From contig MU008165.1 in the NCBI GenBank assembly GCA_010909165.1, positions 2,047,042-2,111,041 on the forward strand: a stretch of 64,000 nucleotides of DNA. The letters run 5' to 3'. Every line of letters starts with the position of its first letter. The first letter of the stretch is position 1. Source of the DNA: Anthoceros angustus (Eukaryota > Plantae > Anthocerotophyta). Position numbers and translations under genes: made by a program. The notes beneath the pieces were generated by a model, which was given only the letters and a program-made list of their open reading frames with translations, made no database searches and was not told the origin of the DNA. Below are positions 52,301-64,000 of the stretch, piece after piece.

Positions 52301-55300
52301 CATATATAGGCCATCATTTTGATAATGACCTTGGATTTTGTACATCTAAATTTGACCTACTTTTGTTTATTTTAGGCTGTCATTTTCTATTTTGTCCTTG
52401 GATTTCGATCATGTTTGGTTTTATTTTGTACTTGATTTGGCCCATGTGTCATTTTTATTTTGTCCTTGGATTTCGCCCATGTGAACTCTTTCGAAGATAT
52501 GTTTGAAGAACACGTACATCTCACATAGACAGATTTAAAGGCAGATATTCTTTTGAAAAGCATATTGTTAAAAAAAAGTGAATGATTTTTGTGGAAAAGA
52601 AAACAACGATAATCCTAAATCCTAACAAAACTACAACTAATGTTGTGCATGACAACTACAGTGCATAGCCAAGGATGCTAATACATGGAACTGTAACAAG
52701 GCCATGAGGCGGGGCATGAGGTTAGGTGAAAAACCAGGGTAAACTGTCTTGAGATGATAAACCACTATTTTGTATTCTCTTCTCTAAAGTATACTTCACG
52801 TCTACATAGTGGGCATGTCGTCACGCCACACACATATGCAACCATGGATCAAACATTTTTGTGATACAAATGAGCACATATGTTTATTTTAGTAATCTCT
52901 TGGCCCACCTCAAGTTTATCAAGGCAAGCGCAGTCACTTCAATCATCGGCTTCTTCATTTTGATAAACATATGTAGATCCTCTCTATCTCTACTCTCTCA
53001 ATAGAGTTTCTCATTAAGTAAGTTAAGTCGTTATAGTCGCTATGAAAATCGTTATGTCTATTCGCACGGATACTAAATATTCATCTCCTTATTTTATATT
53101 TTATTATATTTTAATAATAAACTAATTTAAACATCATATAATTAGATTATAATAATAAAATCTTCATGATGATGAGATAAACACGGATGAGCTTCTTACA
53201 ATGCACAAGACTAGATGAAATCCTCAATGAAATGCGGAATGAAATGATTGCAACAATAAATGGGATTGACATTATTTACGAAATAAATGCTGAGGAATGT
53301 GATTCTCACACACATAAGCGAGCATTTTCCGCATAAATGATGTGGTTAGTGATGATGAGACGAGGCATGGATGAGTGTGGGTCCCTTTTCTACTAAGGTG
53401 GGTGATTCTAAATCTTTACCTAGCTCTTTGTCTATTATAGTCCACTTGATTGAATTTTCCTATAATAGGACTTGGTTCTTAACAACTTGTACTATAGTGT
53501 GCCTCAGCTATTCGCACCAAGGGTATCCACTCCTCTAGACACCCCATCTAAGTATCGATCAAGCACAAGATGCTTAGTAACCACGTTCTTATAAATGTTG
53601 TCTATTTGGCTTAAGAAATGGTGGCATTTCTTCCTCACGAGCTCGTTTTGAAAGTGTCTTTTGTTTAAGCATGGTGGCGATAGCTGGAGGAGCTCTCCAC
53701 CGTGCGGCCTGCGACTTGCGCCTCTACATCACTAAAGAGCGGCATATGTGACTTGTGTGTGTAGGACCTAGCTACAGGCGTCGTGCAGCGTTTCCGCCAT
53801 GGTCTAGGGGCCCTACCATACGTGAATGCATGTCCATATGGCCCTTCGGTATGCCACTACGAGTGATGGGGAAAAATTGAAATGTGTATGAATTGAGAGT
53901 GTAAAACGTCTTGAAAGTCTCACATGGTGTGAGCCTATGGTGCCTATTAAGGCCCTAGGTTGTGCGATTCGACCAATATATCGTTTTCCGGTCTCATGGG
54001 GTTAGGAAGAGCCAACTTGCGGTTCTCTTGCAGCCCTTGCGGTAGTGGATTACCACCGGTCGTGACACAAAGCCGAACATTGCGAGAACGGCATCACATA
54101 AAGCCCTCAAGCTTGAGGCAAGGTTGGTGGAATCCTTTGACGAATGATAGTGAGAAAGAGCTCATACATTTGCTGCCCGTGTGTATGTGTTCCCATACTA
54201 ACGACCCCTATAACTATATGTTACACATGTGCATAGGTATATCTAACAAAGTGGCACCCTCGGCGGACCTCACCACATTCAAGTGCAAAAGGCTTGATGT
54301 CCTAACCTAAGGTGGCTTGTCATCGACTCATCATTCGCTAAGCTTTCCTTCACGGCTCCTGTTTGCCTAACAAGCCGTGCACACAAATCCGTCGATCTCT
54401 TGATTTAGAAGGTTGCTTCTTGGGAAATGAAATGCTCTCTACTAACCGAGTCCTTAGAGGTTTTCAGCTTCACGGAGGAGGAACTTGCTGCCTCGACTTA
54501 GCGGAATAAAAATTCCAGAAATAGTCCCAATAGTAGTTCCCATGGGGCTTGTCAACACCAAAGTGTATACCCTCATGTTTGTGCTTGATCATTAGATCCA
54601 AGTCTTCCAAGCACCGTCGGGCAATTATTGGGTCTTCCTCATCCCACACTATTGTTGCGATGTTGAACTTCTTAGGCTCCGAGTCTTAACAAGGTCCGTG
54701 ATCATCCATCCGCCATGAAAGTTCGTCCACAAAAACATTGCGTCGATCTAATTCTTTAGAGTTTTAAAGTGGTTTATTGACCATAGGCTGGTTTCTTACG
54801 TTCTTGAGGTCCAATTCTTAAGAGTTTTAGAGTGATTTATTGAGGATAGGTTGATTTCTTACGTTCTTGATTTCTTAAGAGTTTTAAAGTGGTTTATTGA
54901 CAATAGGCTGGTTTCTTACGTTCTTTGGGGTCCAATTCTTAAGAGTTTTAAAGTGGTTTAGTGACAATAGGCTGGTTTCTTCGTTCTTTGGGATTTTGGG
55001 AGCGCTCTTATCAATGTGCTTTGGTGAGGTGAATCGTGTCATCCTCATCCAAGCACATTCAAGCGTAGTGGCGGTTTAGGCGGCTCATGTATCGTGTATG
55101 ATTTGGAGCTTTTGATCCTACATTGGCCATGTTATCGAGGCTTGGCTGGTTGGATGGTGTCGTTTGAGGTTTACTTCGTTATGAGTCTCAAGCTTTGAGT
55201 GGATTGGGAGTTCGGAGGTAGTCGGTGTTTAGGTTCGTGTGTAGGTGTTCTTATTCAACATTGTCCACTTGTCTGCTGGAGGTCAGATTCGGTCTCGATG

Positions 55301-58300
55301 TGAAGGTCTCTTTGGAGGGCTTTGTCCTATTTTGGTGTATATTTTCAACAAAACCAGAATTGTTTTGAAAAACCCATAAATATTCATGTAAATTTAATCA
55401 GAAAAATGACTTATCTATACAAAAATAGAAGATAGTTATATGATAATTATTAAATAAATAACTAAAATAATCAAATTAATTCAAATGATTATTTAATACT
55501 TTCTTCTCAATATAAATGAGATGATCTAAATCATCTAGGTGTACTCGTTGGATAGGGTGGCTCCATCTACAATAGGTGTACTCACTAGATGGGATGGCCC
55601 TATCCACCATAGGATAGTGCCAAAGCTACTTGATCCGGATGCCTCTGTTCATATAGCAAGACACCATTGCAATTCAACATACAAGAAAAGCCTTTCATCT
55701 TCGTCGTTACTTTGGATTGCATTTTCTCCATCTTGTCGGAAGATTTGTTCAATCCATACGACATTATATCCATCTCTACTCTCCCACTCACAATATCTCT
55801 TATCATTTGAATGTCCTCTTGGATGGAAATGAGGTCATTCGAAATTGATGTGGAAGGTGACTTTCGTCTTGAGATGGTAAACCTTTTTCGTAATCTCTTC
55901 TCTAAAGTGTATTTCACGTCTACATAATGGGCATGTCGCACCCGCATATGTAACCATGGATCTAAACATTTTTATGATACAAATGAGCACATATATTTAT
56001 TTTAGTAATCTCGCCCACCTCAAGACTATCAAGGCAAAGACAAGTCACTTCAATCATCGGCTTCTTCATTTTGATAAACATTTGTAGATACATTGTAAAT
56101 TGAAGACGTGTTCATGATTTCTAACATAATATTCTGAGATGTTATGTAGGCTAGTATAACCGTAATGCACGAAGAATAGTAAATGTTATGAGAAAAACCT
56201 CTTCAAAAGGTTATGAAAAATACCCTCTTTTCTAAAGTATGTGAAAGAAGCATATACCTTGCATATATAGGCCATCATTTTGATAATGACCTTGGATTTT
56301 GTACATCTAAACTTTGACCTACTTTTGTTTATTTTAGGCTGTCATTTTCTATTTTGTCCTTGGATTTCGATCATGTTTGGTTTTATTTTGTACTTGATTT
56401 GGCCCATGTGTCATTTTTATTTTGTCCTTGGATTTCGCCCATGTGAACTCTTTCAAGATATGTTTGAAGAACACGTACATCTCACATAGAGATTTAAAGG
56501 CGGATATTCTTTTGAAAAGCATATTGTTAAAAAAATTGAATGATTTTTGTGGAAAAGAAAACAACGATAATCCTAAATCCTAACAAAACTACAACTAATG
56601 TTGTGCATGACAACTACGATTGCATAGCCAAGGATGCTAATACATGGGAATAACAAGGCCATGAGGCGGGGCATGAGGTTAGGTGAAAAACCAGGGTAAA
56701 CTGTGGTCTTGAGATGATAAACCACTATTTGTATTCTCTTCTCTAAAGTATACTTCACGTCTACATAGTGGGCATGTCGTCACGCCACACACATATGCAA
56801 CCATGGATCAAACATTTTTGTGATACAAATGAGCACATATGTTTATTTTAGTAATCTCTTGGCCCACCTCAAGTTTATCAAGGCAAGCGCACAGTCACTT
56901 CAATCATCGGCTTCTTCATTTTGATAAACATATGTAGATCCTCTCTCTACTCTCTCAATAGAGTTTCTCATTAAGTAAGTTAAGTCGTTATAGTCGCTAT
57001 GAAAATCGTTATGTCTATTCGCACGGATACTAAATATTCATCTCCTTATTTTATATTTTATTATATTTTTAATAATAAACTAATTTAAACATCATATAAT
57101 TAGATTATAATAATAAAATCTTCATGATGATGAGATAAACACGGATGAGCTTCTTACAATGCACAAGACTAGATGAAAATCCTCAATGAAATGCGGAATG
57201 AAATGATTGCAACAATAAATGGGATTGACATTATTTACGAAATAAAATCTGTGAGGAATGTGATTCTCACACACATAAGCGAGCATTTTCCGCTTTATAA
57301 ATGATGTGGTTAGTGATGATGAGACGAGGCATGGATGAGTGTGGGTCCCTTTTCTACTAAGGTGGGTGATTCTAAATCTTTACCTAGCTCTTTGTCTATT
57401 TGGCTTAAGAAATGGTGGCATTTCTTCCTCACACACATAATCGAGCATTTTCCGCATAAATGATGTGGTTAGTGATGATGAGACGAGGCATGGATGAGTG
57501 TGGGTCCCTTTTCTACTAAGGTGGGTGATTCTAAATCTTTACCTAGCTCTTTGTCTATTACGGATACTAAATATTCTTATATGGGTAAATGCCGTAAATT
57601 AGAATCGTAGGTAGAGCAATTACAAGCATTAACCCGATTCGGTTACCTCCAAGAGTTCTTGGCATGAGCGAGGCCAGGGACCTATATGTACGAGAAACAA
57701 GAATGAAAGCGGCCATTCTAGACTCATCGGCCCAACTCCTCGCTATGAAAATCGTTATGTCTATTATAGTCCACTTGATTGAATTTTCCTATAATAGGAC
57801 TTGGTTCTTAACAACTTGTACTATAGTGTGCCTCAGCTATTCGCACCAAGGGTATCCACTCCTCTAGACACCCCATCTAAGTATCGATCACATCTCACCA
57901 CAAGAGGTGGAGGCGGATCTCTCCAGTGACTGAGAGGGCGAAGACTGCTTTGGATGGAATTAATTCTGACAGTGCGCCCGGAGAGGTAGGCGGACCTGCC
58001 CGTCCGGTCGCGGCGGCCAAAGTGCGTACTCTTGGACTAGTCCCTGCGGAGGATACGGAGACACAAGTCGGGAGAAGGCATGGCACTTGGCGACAATCAC
58101 GGGCGGCGGTGATGGGGAAAAATTGAATGATTTTTGTGATACAAATGAGCACATATGTAGATCCTCTCTATCTCTACTCTCTCAATAGAGTTTCTCATTA
58201 AGTAAGTTAAGTCGTTATAGTCGCTATGAAAATCGTTATGTCTATTCGCACCAAGGGTATCCACTCCTCTAGACACCCCATCTAAGTATCGATCAAGCAC

Positions 58301-58749
58301 AAGATGCTTAGTAACCACGTTCTTATAAATGATGTGGTTAGTGATGATGAGATAAACACGGATGCTATGGAGGTATTTGAACGGGAAGTCATGGCAGAAG
58401 AAGGCGGTGGGCCGGTGAGTGGCGTGCTCAAGCCTTGGAGCGATCGCTGCCCGGTGATCCACGAGTCCACCTTGATGATCCCCAACATTAGCGTCGGCGG
58501 TCAGCCCTGCCATGCGCTGCACAAGCCACGGACAAAGTCGGCGCGGTGGGAAGGCGTCGAATGGGACCCGGCAAGGGACTCGGTCGGAGGAACCTTAGGA
58601 AGTTGGTAGTCGAGCTCTTACAGCGAAGGTGATAACCAAGACATCAAACCTTTGGTGAGGGCGCAACTCCTCGCTATGAGCAGGAGGCACGGAAGGGCAA
58701 AGGCGTACGAGGCGAATTGAGTCAGGGGGACGCTCTTCAAACCCGTGCA

Positions 58750-59150
58750 GTTGGACAAAGAATTACGGTAAGATCGAGCGACTACATTCAGCGGCAATGA
58801 AAAGGATGCACAAAGCATACACGATTGGTTGGACAAGCTCGACAAACACAGCAGCGACGGAGAAGGGCGATCTTAAAAAATCGATTTTGTGTTATGTCCT
58901 TGGAGGCTATGCCTACAGTGGTGGAGGCAAGAGAGGCAGTGGAGATTGGAATGGAAGCGATCTCACGTTTGGCAATCTTCTTGGAGAGCTTGTCAGATGA
59001 AAAGGAGCTTTATCACCGATTGGAAGATACAACAACTGGAGCGATTCAAGACTATTGCGATAAATTTCTTCAACTCACCTTGGACATGCCCGGCAGGCGA
59101 AGAAGCGAAGATCGAGCGGTTCATCGTGACGAAGAATGATCTCGGTGGCG
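58750..59150 (+). pseudogene. Retrotransposon gag remnant
   Basis: ELYHRLEDTTTGAIQDYCDKFLQLTLDM resembles the Retrotrans_gag LxQxGxVxDYxxxF motif; lies upstream of pol. Confidence 0.55.
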
Positions 59151-60099
59151 TGACAAAGCGGATCAAACACCAGGGCGTGCATGAGAAATCAACTACGGTA
59201 GCAATAAATACAAGCATCTCAACACGGCGGGAGGCGTCGAGGAGATGGGGTCGGTGGGATCTGGCGAAGCCGTCAAAGATTCTCGAAGAGGAGAAAAATA
59301 CCATGAGAAACACTTGTGTTTCACAGCATACTCTGGAACCACGGATCCGGGCTTGCCCACATAGGAAGGAGTTCATCGCTGGCTTAAGGAAGCGGTAAGT
59401 CTACTCGTACCTCTGGACGGACTTATGTCAGTGGTCACTCGATCACCATAGAAGGTGGTGACCATAGCAGCTCACGATGTCTCGAGATTGTGCCATGTGT
59501 AACAAAACTGAGGGTACATGTAAAGGATCATGTGCCAATCAAGTTGTTAGTGAGGCGATGGAGAAAGCCACTAGTTTGCTGAACTAGTGCTAGTCACCAC
59601 TATGTCTCATTAGTGCGAGGGTTAGTCATACGGGACACGGACATCCTGTATGACCACGGATGGGCGAGACAGAAAGCTGTACATGCGAGAGTTGCCTTCC
59701 CGGTGGTTACGGAGGTCACATTCAGTGATGCCAACCACATGCCATGACATGATCATTGGCAAACCAGCTAAACACTCCAATGGGTTGGAGATGGTGTCAA
59801 ATAATGAGTTCGATCAAGTAGCGACATGATGAAAGGGAAATCGTCCCGAAAACACTTGTTCTTGTATCTCTTAAAAGCTTCGCCGACAGTTCTGTGTGTA
59901 ACGTCTCAAAAGGTTCTCCCTTTAGAAGGAAGTAGTCACGCGTCTGCTTAAGCAGAAGATGGCGGAGATGAAGGACTGTGGCAGTATGAGGACGTTTTGC
60001 AATCTCAGGCCCACCCGGAGGCTATCGACCCAGGCACAATTAGTACACATCTGGCCTTGAGCATACCACCTTCATTTTTCTGCATTTGATATTGAAGAT

Positions 60100-62230
60100 C
60101 AAGCGTCGGGTTGGCCAATTCTTCTGACAAGGGTTCATCCGATTGGTCTATGCTCCGTGTTGTTGGTGGGAAAACGGATGGAGGTGGCGTCTATGTATAA
60201 ACTAAAGGTTTTGAAAAGCGAGCCCTTTTTAAGCGTGTACGGATGTCATAGGCGAAATATTAGACCAGTAGGGCCGGATATTTTACCAAGGTGGATCTGC
60301 CTGTCCATCAGTTTCGAAGGATGAATATAAAGCTGCGTTAGCGAGACATGGAGTTCATCGTGATGCCCGGCCTCACAAATGCACCGACCACCTTTGTCGA
60401 TGCGAAATCCTAGCCTCCTTGGTAGTGGCGTCGAGGTTTCCTCGGCGACATCTAATATCTGCGTCGATCTGCGGACCATTGTGAGTTAGTAGGAAGGTGT
60501 TTGATCTCCTCGCAAACAAATTGCAAAGCGACAAATGTGTATTTATGAAGGAGGAATGTGAATACCTAGGCCATCGATCGATGCGAGATGGTATCGAGTG
60601 GACACGAGAAAAATCAAAGCGATATCGGTGGAAGGCGCGGGATATCACCGTTGCGTGGGTTCACAGGCATCTCGCTTCTAGGAGGTTCGCCGGGGATTCA
60701 GCAGATTGCTGTCCCATTGTGAGGCGCTCATGCATGCGAGCTTGTTAGGACCTACGGATCGAGGCTTTTCCCTCGAGGAGGCTCTAAATCATGTCCCTAG
60801 CGTTGGCCAATCCAAAGTATTACCTTGCACACCGATGCTTGGACTTCGCCATGGGGCGGTACTCTCCCGGAGGCAAGGTCATTGCCTGAGTCACGGGGCT
60901 GCAGGTGATTGAACTCGCCGTACATGACAAAGAGATGTTGGCCATAGTGCAGAACTTGGCGTCATTACACCTTGGTCAGTTCACATACCGACCATCATTC
61001 ATTGACACTTTTGATCAACCCTTTGAGCGCTAGGCGGCCGTTGGTGGTGAGTATTTGAGACTTCAATTTGAAATCGGATATGTCAGGACCACTAATGTAG
61101 TGGCGATGCCTGAGCCGCGGGCTGCACCCTCAGGCTCAACACCATCGACTTGGTGAGAGAGGCCCTTCAGCGAGACCAACATTATGGACAATTTATCAGC
61201 GGTGATATGGATGCGATCAGTACCTACCCCACTCATGCGAGAATACACATTGAAGATGCGTGCTTGTATAGAAAGGTCGTTATACGAACAACTAGCGAGA
61301 TGTGAAGAGGTCCATTCTTCATGATCTCCACGGACCCCATCTCGGGCCATCTTGGAGTCGATAAAACATATGCTAGAGTAAAGGAGCATTTTCTTTGGGC
61401 GGCTGGTGATGCCATTAATTGGTGCGTTCGCACCTCTTGCCGACAAGCTAAGGCGAAATCGGAAGCAGGGATGCACTTCCTCTGCAGATCCCCACTGGCG
61501 ATTCAGTCCATCTCCATGGACTTTATCACACTGCCTCGTCTGGGGTAGTGGGCAGATGCAGGTGGTCATGGACCCTTTGTCAAAACTTGATCCCTACCAC
61601 CAATGTTACGGCGAAACTAGCTCGGCTCTTCATCAGAAATTTTAGGCTTCATGGAGCTCGGACGATGTCGTGTCCAGCGAGATCTGAAGTTTACCTCGAG
61701 CCGGAAGACCTTCACGAGGCAGAGAATCCAAGCACCTCTCGTCCTCATGTCACCGGTCGGACGGCGAGCGGAAAAACTGTCGGTGCTTGAAGACATGCTG
61801 ACACTTCCTCCACGACAAGCAAGGCGTGGAAACCTTGTTACCTCTCTTGGAATACGCCTACAACTCTTCCCATGCGACCACGGTAGCTCCTTCAAGCTCC
61901 TACGGCGCGTGCCCCCTCATGGCCCTATGGCCCTCGGCACAACAGGATGGCGGGCCGCGGGCAGCTGACGTGTTCAATCAGCAAGCGCAGCAAGCTCACG
62001 GCGGCTCGAATCGTCTGGCCGGTCGGCTAACCGCAGCGACATGAGCTACGGTCGAGGCGAGATGGTGTGGCTCGGATGAAACCACATCGATACCCCTCCA
62101 CAGTTCGTGACACAAACTTAGCTACCGATTTGCGGACCATTAGGATCTGCCAGTGAACCGGTGGCGTTCATTCGAGCTCCCCGTACGCATATGTAAGACA
62201 TTCCATGTCTCCATCGCAAACCCGTCGTCG
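60100..62230 (+). pseudogene. pol remnant: RT, RNase H, integrase
   Basis: YFTKVDL, EFIVMP.GLTNAPTTF, KCVFMKEECEYLGH, TDA, HDKEMLAIV, HTDHHSL, SGHLGVDKTYARVKEHFLW, SISMDFIT, LLPLLEYAYNSS. Confidence 0.85.
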
Positions 62231-62512
62231 ACCACCGCGCCGGCGAGACCACGGGGGCCCGGGTTGTCGGCAAACGGCCCTCGTGCGTTGTTCCTAAAAT
62301 GTTGCCCGCGGACAGCGCGAGATGTTGCTTCGACAACGCATCAAACCTCGACCCCTCCCTCCCAACCAGCACACCAACAAAGCGGCGAGGAGACCTCCAT
62401 CCGGGGAACTGGCCGGATCATCCAGGCCGCCAGCGCCCGGCTCCGTCATCGCACCATCAAATTATACGGTGGTGGCGAGCAAGCGAGCTTGCATCACGGG
62501 AAGCGGCGGTGG

Positions 62513-62937
62513 TGTCATGATTTCCTCGACTCCGGCTTACCCTTGATGGTCGGGAGGACGAGACCACGCCTAGTGGGGAGAATGTCGCGGACTCACTCGC
62601 CGGATAGGGTACCACAAACACGTCTCGCTATGGGCGCGGTGCTAGCAACCTAACGGACGGAAATAGTAGCGCCCGCGAATAGTATGATGGCGGACTTACT
62701 AGGTAGAAGCAGTAAAACCAGACTAACCACGTTATCGTGGTGGGAAATATTGATTAATATGGGTAAATGCCCGTGAAATTAGAATCGTGGGTAGAAGCGG
62801 TAAAACGTAACGATTGGTTACCTCCAAGAGTTCTTGGCATGAGCAGGCAGGCGGGACCTATATGTACGAGAAACAAGAATGAAAGCGGCCGTTCCTAGAC
62901 TCCATTGCTCACCGGACCCAGCTTGAGGATTGTTGCA
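62513..62937 (+). repeat. 3' LTR (~425 bp, TGTCATG...GTTGCA) preceded by purine-rich GGGAAGCGGCGGTGG
   Basis: TG..CA termini; partial match to the 5' LTR remnant; followed by GCATG (predicted TSD). Confidence 0.65.
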
Positions 62938-63070
62938 GCATGGATGAGTGTGGGTCCCTTTTCTACTAAGGTGGGTGATTCTAAATCTTTACCTAGCTCT
63001 TTGTCTATTATAGTCCACTTGATTGAATTTTCCTATAATAGGACTTGGTTCTTAACAACTTGTACTATAG
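62938..63070. repeat. Remainder of tandem-unit segment B
   Basis: gcatggatgagtgtgggtccc...tgtactatag matches the array units. Confidence 0.85.
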
Positions 63071-64000
63071 TCGGAAAAGCAATGAATAGGGGATATCCAC
63101 TATATATGCTCATCAATAGGGGAATAAATATATAGGTTAATTAGGGGTGGCGGCTAGAATAGAAAAGATAGGCGCTTAGATAGGATTAGGATTTTGTAAA
63201 TGATGAACCAAATCTAGGTTGTTCCTCGGTGTGATCATCCAAAGAAGGCAAAGTGCGGTTTGGGGGCAACTTCCTCTTCGAGTGGCGTCCTCACTTCACG
63301 AAGAGAGGCTGAGGTGGGCGTAAGGGGGCGCGAGAAGGCCATTATGAGTGTCATTGCGACTTGTGAGCAAGAGGAGGCGGCGAGGAAACCCTAGGCGAGA
63401 GAGGAGGAGGCGGACTCGGCTCGAACACCACGGGTGTTTGGACCCAATTGGCGTGAAGGAGGCGGTCTTTGGAATTTGTCAGGCGGGAGCCACAGTCGAG
63501 GAGCCTAGCGGTGTGAGATTGAAGGGATTGAAGGCGAGGAGGAGCAAATGCGACGGAGAAAAGCAGCTCACTGGCGGCTTGCCCCGGAGGAGAAATCGCG
63601 AGGGGAAAGTGCGCTAGAAGGCTCAAGCCGGGGCTAACGTGTACTTGTGCCTCGGGTTGGGTATTCTGCTAGTGACAAGGAAGGGAGTGTTTGGGAGTAA
63701 AGCTTTGGAGCCCCACTGGAATTGGAGAGTAATTCTCCTCGTTAGAAGCGTTGGAAGTGAGAAAGGTGCCATGCCACGTGGGAAGAGCAAGGGAAGGAGC
63801 CACTGCCAAAGGTTCCTCCTCGAGAGGAGGAAAGGGCCGGAGAAGCACGCCGCGAGGGAGGCGAGCTTATAATGCCCCAATTCACTTGTTTTGCGGGCAG
63901 CTTAACCCCGATTTGGTTGATTTTTGCAATGGCGAGGAGGATAACATCCAATTGGGATGGGTGTATGGCCGCCAATGGGCCTACACCAATTTAGAGTTGA
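63071..64000 (+). mobile_element. 5'-truncated, diverged copy of giant LTR family A (opposite orientation) including the start of its ORF (ATG 63771)
   Basis: Reverse-complement similarity to 10535-9210; encodes MPRGK... and LGWVYGRQWAYTNLEL. Confidence 0.8.

Larger units (their letters stand above)
22928..57570. repeat. Tandem array of a ~4.0-kb unit; unit starts at 22928, 26951, 30901, 34978, 42013, 43404, 48570, 53733, several with internal sub-duplications
   Basis: The junction ctacatcac|taaagagc and all internal blocks recur; copies are near-identical apart from indels. Confidence 0.95.
57578..62937 (+). mobile_element. Ty3/Gypsy LTR retrotransposon (chromovirus-like pol) inserted in the last array unit; very low sequence quality
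   Basis: LTR similarity between 57578-57730 and 62757-62905; gag, RT, RNase H and integrase motifs in Gypsy order; array sequence resumes at 62938. Confidence 0.8.

Noticed and set aside
22928-57570. rDNA or 5S array
   Set aside because: No recognisable rRNA sequence in the unit.
21131-63070. RING block as a Helitron insertion
   Set aside because: No A|TC start, no CTRR|T end with hairpin, no Rep/helicase motifs.

Overview
Eukaryotic repeat-rich region, probably heterochromatin of a non-seed plant (inferred from the TE families). The assembly is indel-rich and long-read-like, so almost every reading frame is broken. No conventional host gene, RNA gene or CRISPR array is visible. Layout: (1) An RTE/RTEX-like LINE (+ strand, ~1.2-11.4 kb) is hit twice by minus-strand Ty3/Gypsy-derived sequences. 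(2) The first hit is a 6.6-kb solo LTR (4296-10858, TGTGG...CCACA, 5-bp TSD TTCGC). (3) The second is an 8.6-kb 3' LTR (11409-20013) followed by its PPT and an Athila/Tat-type integrase (20058-21127). Both giant LTRs, and a third copy at 63071-64000, carry inside U3 a homologous ORF of roughly 800 codons with its own TATA-like box; this is the most novel feature here. (4) A RING-finger-rich block follows: a RING-HC remnant, a RING-H2 remnant, then a ~35-kb tandem array of a ~4-kb unit (22928-~57570). Each unit carries two RING-H2 ORFs, a 63-bp minisatellite and an inverted copy of flanking DNA. (5) A very noisy chromovirus-like Gypsy element (~57578-62937) is inserted into the last unit. Many internal duplications and frameshifts may be consensus artefacts.
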